From Spirochaetia bacterium (GTDB lineage: Bacteria > Spirochaetota > Spirochaetia > SZUA-6 > Bin103): a DNA stretch of 64,000 bases. Position numbers and translations under genes: made by a program. Shown here piece by piece: positions 19,455 to 29,532 of this stretch. How positions within the stretch are numbered: the stretch's first letter is position 1; each line of letters opens with the position of its first letter. Under the pieces are notes generated by a model, which was not told where the DNA came from, did not search any database, and saw nothing but the letters and a program-made list of their open reading frames with translations. The stretch covers positions 1,760,001-1,824,000 of the forward strand of contig CBDBDQ010000005.1 of assembly GCA_965203905.1 (NCBI GenBank), given 5' to 3'.

Positions 19455-21923
19455 TCAGATCCGTACCCGGCGCAGGCGCAGCGCGTTGCCGATCACCGAG
19501 ACCGAGCTCAGGCCCATGGCCGCCGCCGCCAGCATGGGGCTCAGCAGCACGCCGAACAGCGGAAACAGCACCCCGGCCGCCACCGGTATGGCGAGACTGT
19601 TGTACAGGAACGCCAGGAACAGGTTCTGGCGGATGTTGCGCCGAGTGGCGGCACTCAGCGCGCGGGCGCGGGCGATGGCGAGCAGGTCCCCTCGCACCAG
19701 GGTGATATCGGCGCTTTCCATCGCCACGTCGGTGCCGGTGCCCATGGCTATGCCGACCTCGGCCTGAGCCAGGGCAGGGGCGTCATTGATGCCGTCGCCC
19801 GCCATTGCCACCACGTGGCCCGCCTGTTGCAGGCGCTTGATCTCGGCCACCTTCTGCTCGGGAAGCACCTCGGCGACGACCGATTCGATGCCCACGCTGC
19901 GTGCCACGGTCTCCGCGGTGGCACGGTTGTCGCCGGTCGCCATGACCAGGTCGATGCCGGCCGCGCGCAGCAGCGCCAGGGCGGACGCGGTGGTGGGCTT
20001 CACCGAATCGGCGATTGCAATCGCGCCGGCCAGGCGGCCGCCGGCCGCCACCAGGACCACCGTGTGACCCGATGCGCGCAGCTCCGCGGCCGCGGCGTCG
20101 AGCCTGCGGTCGCCGGCCACCCCGCGCGTGGCCAGGAACGCGGGGCTCCCGAGCAGAATCTCCTGGCCGTCGGCCATGCCTGCGACACCCTGTCCGGTGA
20201 ACGAGGTGAACGCGGTCGCCGGCGCCACCGGGTAGCCGCGCTGCCGCGCCGCCGCCACTATGGCCTCGGACAGCGGGTGTTCGCTGGGAAGTGCCACCGA
20301 GGCGGCGGCGTGTAACAGGGAACGCTCGCCGGCAGGCGGCACGGCGACTACCCGCTGCACCCGAGGTCGCCCCTCGGTGAGGGTGCCGGTCTTGTCGACG
20401 ACCAGGGTGTCCACGGTGCTCAGCATCTCGCTGGCGGCGGCGTCCCGGAACAGCACGCCGAGAGTCGCGCCGCGGCCGGTGGCCACCATGATCGACATCG
20501 GGGTGGCCAGACCGAGGGCACAGGGGCAGGCGATGATCAGCACCGCCACGGCGTTCAGCAGCGCCACGGTCAGGCTGGGGTCCGGTCCGAGGAGCAACCA
20601 GACGCCGAAGGTGATGGCGGCGATGGCGATCACCGCCGGCACGAAAACGGCGGACACCGCGTCGGCGACGCGCTGGATCGGTGCCCGGCTGCGCTGAGCG
20701 TCCGCGACCATCTGCACGATTCGCGCCAGCAGGGTGTCGGCACCGACCTTGGCGGCACGGATCTCCAGCGCGCCGGAGCCGTTCACCGTGCCACCGATGA
20801 CTGCCGAGCCGGGCTCCTTCGACACCGGGATCCCCTCACCGGTAACCATCGATTCGTCCACGCTGCCGCTCCCGGACAGGACGACCCCGTCCACGGGCAG
20901 TTTCTCCCCGGGCCGCACCCGCAGCCGGTCGCCGACGGCGACCTCGTCGAGCGCCACGTCATGCTCGGTCCCATCGTCGTCCAGGCGGCGTGCGGTCGGA
21001 GGGGCCAGCTCCAGCAGCAGGCGCAGCGCCGCTCCGGTACGGCGCCGGGCGCGCAGCTCCAGCACCTGGCCGAGCAGCACCAGGGTGGTGATGGCGGCCG
21101 CGCTCTCGAAGTAGTACAGGGATATGTCGGCGCCGGCCCCGGCGGCCGCACCGCGAAAGGTGCCGGGGAACACGGTAGCCGCCACGCTGTAGAGGTAGGC
21201 GACCGCGATGCCGAGGCCGACCAGGGTGAACATGTTCAGGCTGCGGTTGACGATGGAAGCCCAGCCGCGCTGGAAGAAGGGCGCCGCGCCCCACAGCACC
21301 ACCGGGCTGGCCAGCACCAGTTGCAGCCACCCGAACCAGGGAGAAGCCGCCACGGGCGAGAGGGGGAGGACCATCAGCGGCGCGGTGAGGAGTGCGCTCA
21401 CTACCAGGCGGCGGGTCATGTCGCCGAGCTCGCCGTCATCGTCCGCGCCGGCGGACACCGTCCGCGGTTCCAGCGCCATGCCGCACGAGGGACAGGCGCC
21501 GGGACGCGGCTCGTCCACTTCCGGGTGCATCGGGCAGGTGAACCGAGTCACGGCGCCGGCGGCAGTGGGAGCAGCGTCGGCTCTGTGCCCCGCCATGTGC
21601 GCCGCGTGGTGGTGATGATGCACCTCAGTCCCGTGTCCGTGGGAGTGTTCGTGCCGATGGTCGCAGTGGTCCGCCGGCTGGTGTCCATGGTGGTCGCCGG
21701 CGTGTGTGCCGCCATCGGCGTGCGCATGGCACGCGCCGGGTTCGTGCGCCGCGTCGTGGTGCTCGTGTGTCGGGGCAGGCTGCTCCAGGAAGCTCTCCGG
21801 ATCGGCGCTGAACCGGGCCCGGCAGCCCGCAGAGCAGAACCGGTACGTCTTGCCGCCGTGCTGCAGGCGGTGCGGGCCGTCCGCCGCGACGGTCATGCCG
21901 CAGACCGGGTCGACGTGCGCCAT
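19455..21923 (-). CDS. copA: Cu(I)-exporting P1B-type ATPase with YHS domain and His-rich linker
   Basis: [57 protein letters not shown] and MGLSS motifs. Confidence 0.95.
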   Translation of the reverse strand: MAHVDPVCGMTVAADGPHRLQHGGKTYRFCSAGCRARFSADPESFLEQPAPTHEHHDAAHEPGACHAHADGGTHAGDHHGHQPADHCDHRHEHSHGHGTEVHHHHHAAHMAGHRADAAPTAAGAVTRFTCPMHPEVDEPRPGACPSCGMALEPRTVSAGADDDGELGDMTRRLVVSALLTAPLMVLPLSPVAASPWFGWLQLVLASPVVLWGAAPFFQRGWASIVNRSLNMFTLVGLGIAVAYLYSVAATVFPGTFRGAAAGAGADISLYYFESAAAITTLVLLGQVLELRARRRTGAALRLLLELAPPTARRLDDDGTEHDVALDEVAVGDRLRVRPGEKLPVDGVVLSGSGSVDESMVTGEGIPVSKEPGSAVIGGTVNGSGALEIRAAKVGADTLLARIVQMVADAQRSRAPIQRVADAVSAVFVPAVIAIAAITFGVWLLLGPDPSLTVALLNAVAVLIIACPCALGLATPMSIMVATGRGATLGVLFRDAAASEMLSTVDTLVVDKTGTLTEGRPRVQRVVAVPPAGERSLLHAAASVALPSEHPLSEAIVAAARQRGYPVAPATAFTSFTGQGVAGMADGQEILLGSPAFLATRGVAGDRRLDAAAAELRASGHTVVLVAAGGRLAGAIAIADSVKPTTASALALLRAAGIDLVMATGDNRATAETVARSVGIESVVAEVLPEQKVAEIKRLQQAGHVVAMAGDGINDAPALAQAEVGIAMGTGTDVAMESADITLVRGDLLAIARARALSAATRRNIRQNLFLAFLYNSLAIPVAAGVLFPLFGVLLSPMLAAAAMGLSSVSVIGNALRLRRVRI

Positions 21924-21925
21924 GG

Positions 21926-22237
21926 TCAGAAGTCGGACCGCGCCAGCACCGCCATCAGCTCGTCCACCACTCTGGGCAACTCCCCGGCATCACTCCGGGC
22001 GGCATCCGCCACGCAGTGGTCGAGGTGCCGCTTGAGCACATTCAGGCCAAGCGAGTTGAGGGCCGCGCGGACGGCTGACACCTGGGTCAGGATGTCGACA
22101 CAGTAGCGCTCTTCCTCGATCATGCGACGGATCCCGGCGACCTGCCCCTCGATGCTGCGCAGCCGGCGCAAGGCGGCTTCGTTCACCGGGTGGGGACCGC
22201 GGCGAACGGTGGCGTCCCGGCTGCGATCGGTAGTCAT
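21926..22237 (-). CDS. csoR: Copper-sensing repressor (CsoR/RcnR family)
   Basis: [26 protein letters not shown]...HLDHC (Cys, His-x3-Cys ligands); directly upstream of copA. Confidence 0.92.
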   Translation of the reverse strand: MTTDRSRDATVRRGPHPVNEAALRRLRSIEGQVAGIRRMIEEERYCVDILTQVSAVRAALNSLGLNVLKRHLDHCVADAARSDAGELPRVVDELMAVLARSDF

Positions 22238-22266
22238 CGCTGGCATTCCCTGCACGGGCACAGATA

Positions 22267-22288
22267 CAGTATAATACCCCTGGGGGGT
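22267..22288. promoter_or_regulatory. CsoR-type operator next to a minus-strand -10 box
   Basis: TACCCCTGGGGGGT C/G-tract pseudo-palindrome (22275-22288) beside AGTATA (TATACT on the minus strand), between divergent csoR and cytochrome c. Confidence 0.75.
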
Positions 22289-22317
22289 GGGGTCCACCCG
22301 CCACTGCCGGCGTGGTC

Positions 22318-22791
22318 ATGAACAAGCGTGTCTATACCATCATCACCGTGAGCGCTCTAGCGGCGGCCGCCATTCTGGCCGCTGTGGGCTACGCCTTACG
22401 ACACGACGACGAGCCCGACCGGGCCGACGCCGGCGACCCGGAGCTGGTGGCGCGCGGTCGGATCGTGTACCAGGAGAGCTGCGCCGCCTGCCACGGCTCG
22501 CGTCTCGAAGGGCAGCCGAACTGGCGCCAGATGAAACCCGACGGCACCCTGCCGGCGCCGCCCCACGACGTGACCGGCCACACCTGGCACCATTCCGACC
22601 AGCTCCTGTTTCAGATCACCAAGTTCGGGTCTGCCTCCGTGGCCGGCCCCGGCTTCAAGAGTGCCATGCCGGTCTACGAGGGGGTCCTGGAGGACGCCGA
22701 CATCTGGGCCGTGCTGGCATACATCAAGAGCCACTGGCCCGCGGACATCCAGGCAGCGCAGAGCGCGCGCTCGGGAGACACCCGCCGTTGA
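22318..22791 (+). CDS. Monoheme c-type cytochrome of the kind linked to copper-resistance clusters
   Basis: N-terminal membrane anchor, CAACH, PAPPHDVTGHTWHHSD, axial Met in SAMP. Confidence 0.88.
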   Translation: MNKRVYTIITVSALAAAAILAAVGYALRHDDEPDRADAGDPELVARGRIVYQESCAACHGSRLEGQPNWRQMKPDGTLPAPPHDVTGHTWHHSDQLLFQITKFGSASVAGPGFKSAMPVYEGVLEDADIWAVLAYIKSHWPADIQAAQSARSGDTRR

Positions 22792-23001
22792 AGGCCTGGT
22801 GGAGCCGAGCGCTGGCTGCAAGCCCGAGGATCGTTACGAGCTGACCTTGATTTACGATCGGCTTGGTCGCCCGCGGGAAATGCACGGTCAGCTCACCGTC
22901 CTCGCAACTCGTGCTGATGCCGTCAGAGTCTACTTGGCGCGGCCGGCTTTGCCGCATCGGGACACCGGCGTGCTCACGTGCTCTGGTGTGGAGGCCGGCA
23001 C

Positions 23002-23330
23002 ATGGCAATAACTCAGGCGCGCGCTCCGGTTGCGGTTGACTACCCCGATTCGGATGGCCAGCCGATGGCCGGGCGGCTACGAGCGGCATGCGGCGGCGCG
23101 GTTGGCGGATGGGACGCTGACGCTGGAGAGCGAGGTGCTGGGGCTGGAGGCGTGGGCAAAGCCGGGCCGGCCGATGCGGTTCCGCGATCCGGCGACAGGC
23201 CGGGACCTGCCGAGCCAATCCGAAGAGCGTGCCGCGCGCCGCGCCGCCGACGCCCGCGCCGAACGCGAGGCTGCCGCGCGCCGCGCTGCCGAGGCATGGT
23301 TGGCGGAGTTGCAGGGCGCTCATCGGATCT
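23002..23330 (+). pseudogene. Uma2-family endonuclease remnant (internal deletion and frameshift)
   Basis: GGAGG RBS, then MAITQARAPVAVDYPDSDGQPMA; in another frame GYE...SEVLGLE...RFRDPATG and an E/R/A-rich tail. The nuclease core is missing. Confidence 0.7.
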
Positions 23331-23715
23331 GGTCGACGCCGAGGACTTCCCGGAACGCGCCGCGGCCGCACTTGCGCGCATGCCCGTGATCGTGCAGAAA
23401 ACCAACGTCACCGCGGTGCTCGACGCGGAGCTTCGCCATCCGCGTACGGGTAGCTCGCCGCAATTCCGGTTCTTCCTTGCCGCAGCCGTGGCAGTTCACG
23501 CGTGGCGGCTGAGGATAGCCGTCGGCAGGCTCTGATTCTGCATCACCGATTCCGAGCATCCCGTACACGCCGAACAGCGCTGCGTGCGCGTGGATCGGGT
23601 TCGTGAGTTGTGCGTACCGAAACGGCCGATTCGGCCTGTTCCGCTGGTGCTTGGCGCGAATTCAGCGCAATAGCGGTTCCGCGTCCGCGGCGGGCACATC
23701 GCCGTCGTTCACTGC

Positions 23716-23919
23716 GTGACGGCGAGCCTCTGCAACGTGCTAGTGTTGGCGCTGCTCGGTGCGGCGCGCGGCGCAGTAGGCTGGATATGGCTGGCAGACC
23801 GGTGGTGCTCGGCGCCATCATGCTGTTCTCCGCGGGCGGCATCCTCTACCGCAGGTGCCGATGAAGCGTCACTGGACGCCGCCGCTCGGTGCGGTGCTGG
23901 GTTGCGATGGCATTGGTGA
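23716..23919 (+). pseudogene. ZIP-family divalent metal transporter C-terminal remnant
   Basis: Fragments in three frames: LALLGAARGAVGWIWLAD, VVLGAIMLFSAGGILY, MKRHWTPPLGAVLG. Confidence 0.55.
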
Positions 23920-24098
23920 GCGAGCTGGGCGTTCAGGTGAAGAGTGCGTCAGCTCCACTCCGCCAGGCAGCCGACGCCTCGGTTCGGCGACGCTCAGATT
24001 CGGGTCGCCGGGCGCATCGTGGCATCGTATACTCCTCTCCCGCACCGTGCGGCCTATCGCTTCACTGAATGCGGAAAACAGCACCTGAGAGGTGGGAG

Positions 24099-24416
24099 AT
24101 GCTGAAAAAGAGAGTTGAGAACATCGTGTCCGGAGCGACCGATGCCGTCACCGGTGCCCTGGATGCGCGGGCCCACTCGGCTTCGGTGCGCCTCGATGAC
24201 GACAGCATGCAGCGGATCGATCAACTGGTCGAAGCGGAGATGGTGGCCGACCGCGCGGCAGGCATTGCATTCCTGGTGCAGGAGGGCATCAAGGCGCGCA
24301 CGGACCTGTTCGACCAGATCAACGACAGCTTCGCGAAGATCCAACAAGTCAAGGACCACCTTCGGAGCCTGGGACCCGATTCCTCACCGGGCGAGGAGGC
24401 CGGCGCGTCCGATTAG
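24099..24416 (+). CDS. Small RHH-like/coiled-coil hypothetical protein (paralog of 41201-41518)
   Basis: GGGAG RBS; SVRLDDDSMQRIDQLVEAEM..DRAAGIAFLV pattern; near-identical N-terminus to the paralog. Confidence 0.7.
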   Translation: MLKKRVENIVSGATDAVTGALDARAHSASVRLDDDSMQRIDQLVEAEMVADRAAGIAFLVQEGIKARTDLFDQINDSFAKIQQVKDHLRSLGPDSSPGEEAGASD

Positions 24417-24589
24417 CCTCGCCATGACGTCCAATGAGCCACCTTGCGCCTCGCGGCGGCCCGGGAAGCGAGCGGCGCGGCAAGTTGCGCATCGACGAGC
24501 GAGTAGTGGCGGAGGACGGTGCGTGCCGGCATCGATCTTCGACCGGCAGGTCGCGATCCGGCTGCTCGAACAGTCGCGAACGACCAGGC

Positions 24590-25377
24590 GTTGAGTGTCG
24601 TTGCGGCCTACGTTCGCGCGCACCCCGCCGCGGCGGCACACGTCATGGAGGGTCGTTCGCACGACGAGCTGATTGCGTTGCTGGCCGCCATCCCGGACGA
24701 CCTGGCGGCGGTGCTGCTCGCGCGATGGAGGTGACCATCGCCGCGCGCAGCCTGGACCGGATCGTGCCGTCGCGGGCAGCGGCCGTACTGGCCCGGCTTC
24801 CCGCCGCGCGAGCGGTGGCGCTGGCGCGCGGCATGCGGTCCGAGGCGAGGCGGCAGGCGCTGCGCTCGTTGCCTCCAAAGCGCAGGGAGCCTCTGGAGCG
24901 GCTGCTCAGCCTGGCGCGCCCATACCGTCGGTACGCGGATGGAGTCGCGCGTCCTCACGCTTCCTCCCGATACCACTGCAGCGGACGCCATCGTCCTGGT
25001 TCGCGCAGCCACGGCTCAGGTGATCACAGTACCTGTACGTCGTCGATCGACAGGGGCAATTGCTCGGCGTCGTCAGCCCCAAGCAGCTACTGGCCGGGGC
25101 CGCCGGGGCCGCCGTTGCGACGTCTGGCGCTCGCCGAGGCGTATCTGTGGCACGGCACGTACGACCTTGCGCTGGTCCTCGGTCCGGCGATGATCTTCTC
25201 CATGACGATGGCGGGCATGACCGGCGCGCTTATCCCGATCGTGTTGACCGCACTCGGTCGCGACCCCGCGCAATCAGCGTCCATAGTGCTGACCACCGTC
25301 ACGACGTGATCGGATTCCTGAGCTTCCTCGGGCTGGCGTTCCTGCTGGCCGACTTATTCGGCGTCATCTCGCCGTGA
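24590..25377 (+). pseudogene. mgtE: MgtE magnesium transporter, fragmented
   Basis: Several frames give N-domain helices, CBS-like MESRVLTLPPDTTAADAI and QYLYVVD..LLGVV, and the TM end AGMTGALIPIVLTALGRDPAQSASIVLTTVT / DVIGFLSFLGLA. Confidence 0.75.
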
Positions 25378-25398
25378 GGGAGTATCCGCCCGGCGAGT

Positions 25399-26550
25399 TC
25401 ACGGACCGGATCTGCGACGGTTGCCGTCGGCGCTGGTCGCGGGTGGGCGGCGCGGCGGGGCGTGGTCTAGCACGAAGGTCATCAGCGACGGGATGCCGGC
25501 GACCCAGACGACCGGCGGCCGTTGGGCCGGCGGGCTCCAGACGTAGCCCAGCCGGTTCAATTCCTCGCGTGCCGCCAGTCGCCCCGCAGCGTCTTCGCCG
25601 GTTGCGACGAGGGCGTCATCGAGGTCGCGATCGGTCGCGGTCGCCGCACCGCCTGCGAACGGCGCCGCCGCCGCAACCGCCGCCGGCAGCAGGGCGCGCG
25701 CCTCCAGTTCCCGATAGCGGTCCTGGTAGTAGTCCGTAACCCGTCCGATTACGTGCGGTCGCGCCGCCGCTGCGTGCGCGGCGGTCAGCCGGGAGCCATC
25801 GATGGCCAGGCGCTGCTGCCACAGGGCGCGACCCCAGACTTGAATGAAGTACGGGTAGCGCTGGCTGTGCTCGACCACCGCATCGAGGGCATCGGCCTCG
25901 ATGCCGACGCCGTGGCCGGCCAGCGGGTCGATCAAAGCAGCGCGGGCAGCAGCGTCGCTCAGCAGGCCGATGCCGAGGCGTCCTTCATCCAGCCGGCTCC
26001 AGAACGAGGCGTTCATGGTATTCAGGTGCGCCGGCAGTCCCGGAGTACCGGCCAGCACCAGCAGCAACGGCGCGTCGGCGCGCACGTCCTGGCTCAGGTT
26101 GAGCAGCAGTTGGCCGACTTCACGCGTGAGGGTATGCGCTTCGTCGACCAGCACCACAGCCGGTCTTCTACGGCAGCGCGCAGTCAGCCGAACCGTGAGA
26201 TCCTGCGCCGATCGCTCCGGCGCCGCCCATTCGGCTTGACCGATGCCGCGCCGGATGAACGACGCCGGTAACAAGGCGTCGGCCAGGGACTGCCCGGTCC
26301 GTATCCGGCTCGGCGACAGCCGCACGACGTCCACCCTACCAGCGTCGCGACAGGTGCCCGCGAACCAGTTGAGCAGCACGGTCTTGCCGTTTCCGCGCGG
26401 CCCCATCAGCACCACGTCGTGCGGCGGGGCATTGCCGCCCAGCAGGTCAGCCAGGCACTGCGTCAATACGCCCTGCTCCCGCTCGCGGCCGGTCAGCGCA
26501 GGCGGAGCGGCGCCCGCACCGGGAGTGAATACCCGTTGTGGGGCTCTCAT
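25399..26550 (-). CDS. Standalone AAA+/STAND-like P-loop ATPase
   Basis: FTPGAGAAPPALTGREREQ, Walker A GPRGNGKT, Walker B VLVDEAH, YPYFIQ. Confidence 0.85.
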   Translation of the reverse strand: MRAPQRVFTPGAGAAPPALTGREREQGVLTQCLADLLGGNAPPHDVVLMGPRGNGKTVLLNWFAGTCRDAGRVDVVRLSPSRIRTGQSLADALLPASFIRRGIGQAEWAAPERSAQDLTVRLTARCRRRPAVVLVDEAHTLTREVGQLLLNLSQDVRADAPLLLVLAGTPGLPAHLNTMNASFWSRLDEGRLGIGLLSDAAARAALIDPLAGHGVGIEADALDAVVEHSQRYPYFIQVWGRALWQQRLAIDGSRLTAAHAAAARPHVIGRVTDYYQDRYRELEARALLPAAVAAAAPFAGGAATATDRDLDDALVATGEDAAGRLAAREELNRLGYVWSPPAQRPPVVWVAGIPSLMTFVLDHAPPRRPPATSADGNRRRSGP

Positions 26551-26889
26551 GGCAGCCACCGGACGGGGCGATACGCGATCACGGCCGGTAGGACCACTAC
26601 TCCTTCCTTGAATCAATGAGGCGTAACGCAGTTTCGATTGCCGTCAAGCCGTGCCGCCGGGCGGTGGGTCGTCCGTGCCGCTGCTGGCGCGTGTGATAGT
26701 CCGCCGCCTGGGCCCGGTGCCCAGCATGGCAGCCTTCGTGGCGATCCGCAATCTGCTGATACTGCCGATCATGGTGGCACCGCTGTTCGCCAACGCCGGA
26801 CGCTCCGACATCGGGTCTCGCTGATCATCGCCAGTGTGAACGGTTTCAACCTCGCGCGTGGGATCTCGATCACCGGCAACAGGCCTCGA

Positions 26890-27234
26890 CTACGCGTTGG
26901 CCACCGTAGCCTCTCGCAACCCAAGGAATCGCACGACCGCGTGGCTCAATCGCTCCATGTCCCGGGCACTCAAGTGACCGATGCGCTGCCCGAGTCGACT
27001 CTTCGGAACAGTCGTAATCTTGTCTGCCATGAGACGTGAGACCGACCTGAGCCCGTTGCTCTCACTCGGTGCTACCGGCAGCCGTATCAAGGGAGCCTCG
27101 GTCTGGTCCGTGGTGAACACACAGATCGTTATCGACGCGGTGGCGTCGAAGCGATTATCCTGCACGATTACAGCCGGTCGTGGTTTTCCGGCGTAGCCGG
27201 CTCCGGACACGGTCCACACCTCTCCGCGTCTCAT
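26890..27234 (-). CDS. mazF: PemK/MazF-family endoribonuclease toxin
   Basis: MRRGEVWTV..GKPRPAVIVQ..NGLRSVSRLMADKITTVPKSRLGQRIG. Confidence 0.92.
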   Translation of the reverse strand: MRRGEVWTVSGAGYAGKPRPAVIVQDNRFDATASITICVFTTDQTEAPLIRLPVAPSESNGLRSVSRLMADKITTVPKSRLGQRIGHLSARDMERLSHAVVRFLGLREATVANA

Positions 27235-28196
27235 TCGTCATTCGAATCCGTTATTGCATTGATGAAGGCTTGGTCCTCGCGCTCTCGGACGCTCTCGCCG
27301 ACCGCTTTGGAGTCTCGATGAGCGGCGCGACGATAGCCACACGAGGATGTGTCTTGCGTCAACTTGACAGCAGCATCGAAGTCACCTGCGGTATGCCATT
27401 CGATTCCATCCAGATTGACGGGACAACCAGCAGTCTCTAAGCGCTGAGCAAGCTGCTGCCGCTGTTGAGAAGTATTGTCGAGACGTAGGATATGACGCGC
27501 ACCAATGTCACTAAACGGCCGAACAGCTCCTAATTCCACAAGAATCGTCCTGTTGGAGTCTCTACCCATCGCCATGCCTGCTTCGAACAAGACGTTCGGG
27601 CGTGCCTGCCCGGTCGGTTCGACCTCGTATTTGGGATCGTTCTCGCTTCTGAACTGTTGCTTAAGGCACGCTTCATCGTCCGGCGTCAGTAACACGATCA
27701 CGGCATGAGCGCGTGCAAATGCAGCATTCAGAATCTCGCCAACATAGGGCGTTGGCTGTCCTGCAGCTTGCACCGCTTCGGACCACTCCAGAGGATCAAG
27801 CCCAACTGAATGCAAGAATGTGAATAGTGCTACTCGTGCTTTCTCGTTACGCCCATGGACTACAAACACGTGGCGTGAATCGGGCGGGGGAAACGAGCCC
27901 TTGGAGCCCCCGTGATCGGGGCCTTTCACTACTCCGGGAGGACCGGTTATCAGTTCATCGGTGACGTCCCGGCACACACTTTGGTCTTGCCATGATTCGT
28001 CTGTTTCTTCTATCGTTATACGTTCAATTTCTTCCAAACGTGTGGTCCTTCCGCGTAGAGTAATGGGCCTTCCTTCCTGGTACGGAACAAGCACACGGTG
28101 TCGGATCATTTCGAAAGATAAATCATCGACCCATTGCCAGTAGTTAGGATTCTCGACTGTGTAAATCTTTACGTGGTAGTACGCCATCTGTCCCAT
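27231..28196 (-). CDS. TIR-like nucleotide-binding protein (Cap12/PycTIR-type, PF10137) with a C-terminal MazE/DUF3018-like tail
   Basis: VFVVHGRN, LDPLEW, VIVLLTPDD, ARPNVLFEAGMAMG (catalytic Glu present), FSDIG. Last ~40 aa resemble a DUF3018 antitoxin C-terminus. ATGA overlap with mazF; visibly lower GC than flanks. Confidence 0.85.
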   Translation of the reverse strand: MGQMAYYHVKIYTVENPNYWQWVDDLSFEMIRHRVLVPYQEGRPITLRGRTTRLEEIERITIEETDESWQDQSVCRDVTDELITGPPGVVKGPDHGGSKGSFPPPDSRHVFVVHGRNEKARVALFTFLHSVGLDPLEWSEAVQAAGQPTPYVGEILNAAFARAHAVIVLLTPDDEACLKQQFRSENDPKYEVEPTGQARPNVLFEAGMAMGRDSNRTILVELGAVRPFSDIGARHILRLDNTSQQRQQLAQRLETAGCPVNLDGIEWHTAGDFDAAVKLTQDTSSCGYRRAAHRDSKAVGESVREREDQAFINAITDSNDE

Positions 28197-28268
28197 CCCT
28201 TTGGCTGAAACCGTGAGGCGTCGGCATAACGCTGGGCAAGCGCGCCAAGGTGGCGCACGGCCTACACA

Positions 28269-29525
28269 TCAGGTCGTCGAGTCTTCCGGGGCCTCGACTT
28301 CAAGGTCGTGATCCTCGCGGTAGGTTGGGTGGTACTCCTCGGTCTCCACGTCGGGGTCGGAGTCCGGGCGCAACCGCTGCAGATCCCACGTGGTGATAGC
28401 CGCGCGTACTTTGTACCGCATGCGCTTCTGGTGGCTGGCACCACCTACTGCAGCGGTGGCCGCTGGTGCGGCCCAGTCGTATGCGCGGCCGTAGATGCGT
28501 CTGATGTGCTCGACCGCGGCTTCCACAACGTCGTCGGTCACCTCGCTCAGCCTCGTGCGGCGTGAGGCGAGCCACCGCATGCCGAGTTCCGCTTGCCGCG
28601 CCATCTGTGCTTCATCACGCTCACGCAACCGCGCAGGCACCTTGAGGCGGTCTCCCTTCTCCTCCAGGATCGCCTGGGCGAAGTCCTCCGTGATGGCCGC
28701 CACAACCACCAGCCCGGGATATGAGTCGTCGTCCGCCGCACCCATCCAACGGGCCAATTCCGCATACGATCGCGCGCGCTGCAGGAGGCTGTAGCTGCCG
28801 ATCAACTCCAACTCGTCGATGAGCACGACCCAGCCGCGATAGCCGGCCGTCTTGATCATCTCCAGTACGAAGCGTAGACGCTGCGGAGGCAGGTCGCGGA
28901 GCTTCGGAGCGCGGAACGTGTAGGCACCTTGTTGCCCAATCTGGCGCAGACCGCGTTTTACGTCGCCCACCGCCACCTTGTCGCCCGACCAGAACCACCT
29001 GATGGAGTTCAACACCTCCTGATCCGGCAGCCGTTCATGCACCATCAGCGTGGCAGGGAAGATGCGGTGCAGGCCACAGCCAGTACTGTCGGCCCACTGA
29101 AAGAAGCGTGCGTAGCCCGCGTCTTTCGGACCCAGCAGTCTGTTTCCGATTTCATCTACCATGGCGCCGACTCTCCCGTCGGGGAGGGTGCCGCTGTCGG
29201 CCGCCGCACGGAACATCTTGCCCAGGTCGTAGAACGGCGTCTCCTTGCTCACGGCGACGCGGCTGCAAACGAAGTTTCGGTCCAGCGCAAGGTCCTCGAA
29301 GTGCTCCAGAAGGTGTGATTTCCCGGTACCGAAATCGCCCGAGATCAGCAAGCCACCGGGATTATTGCCCGCGTCAAGACCGAGGCGAGCCTGAAACTGT
29401 TGTTCCGCCTGGGGTTGCGTGCTGCCGAGAATGCGCACCGCCTCGCGGTTCGGAACGCCGTTGCGCAAGGCCTCTATCGCACGCCGACAAGCAAGCTGAT
29501 CAGGCATGTTCCGGTCTGCTTCCAC
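28269..29525 (-). CDS. DUF2791 / BrxD-like P-loop ATPase with intact motifs
   Basis: AIEALRNGVP, Walker A GDFGTGKSH, ISKETP-like VSKETP, Walker B VVLIDELE. Confidence 0.82.
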   Translation of the reverse strand: MEADRNMPDQLACRRAIEALRNGVPNREAVRILGSTQPQAEQQFQARLGLDAGNNPGGLLISGDFGTGKSHLLEHFEDLALDRNFVCSRVAVSKETPFYDLGKMFRAAADSGTLPDGRVGAMVDEIGNRLLGPKDAGYARFFQWADSTGCGLHRIFPATLMVHERLPDQEVLNSIRWFWSGDKVAVGDVKRGLRQIGQQGAYTFRAPKLRDLPPQRLRFVLEMIKTAGYRGWVVLIDELELIGSYSLLQRARSYAELARWMGAADDDSYPGLVVVAAITEDFAQAILEEKGDRLKVPARLRERDEAQMARQAELGMRWLASRRTRLSEVTDDVVEAAVEHIRRIYGRAYDWAAPAATAAVGGASHQKRMRYKVRAAITTWDLQRLRPDSDPDVETEEYHPTYREDHDLEVEAPEDSTT

Positions 29526-29532
29526 GCCGGCG

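Noticed and set aside
21590-21770. His-rich stretch as a separate metal-binding peptide
   Set aside because: It is in frame within copA as a linker, a known feature of such ATPases.
26638-26889. Possible small gene between the AAA ATPase and mazF
   Set aside because: Only short hydrophobic fragments in different frames with no recognisable family; possibly a remnant.
27231-28196. CBASS, Pycsar or Thoeris system
   Set aside because: No nucleotidyltransferase, cyclase, STING/cNMP-binding domain or ThsA-like gene is recognisable.
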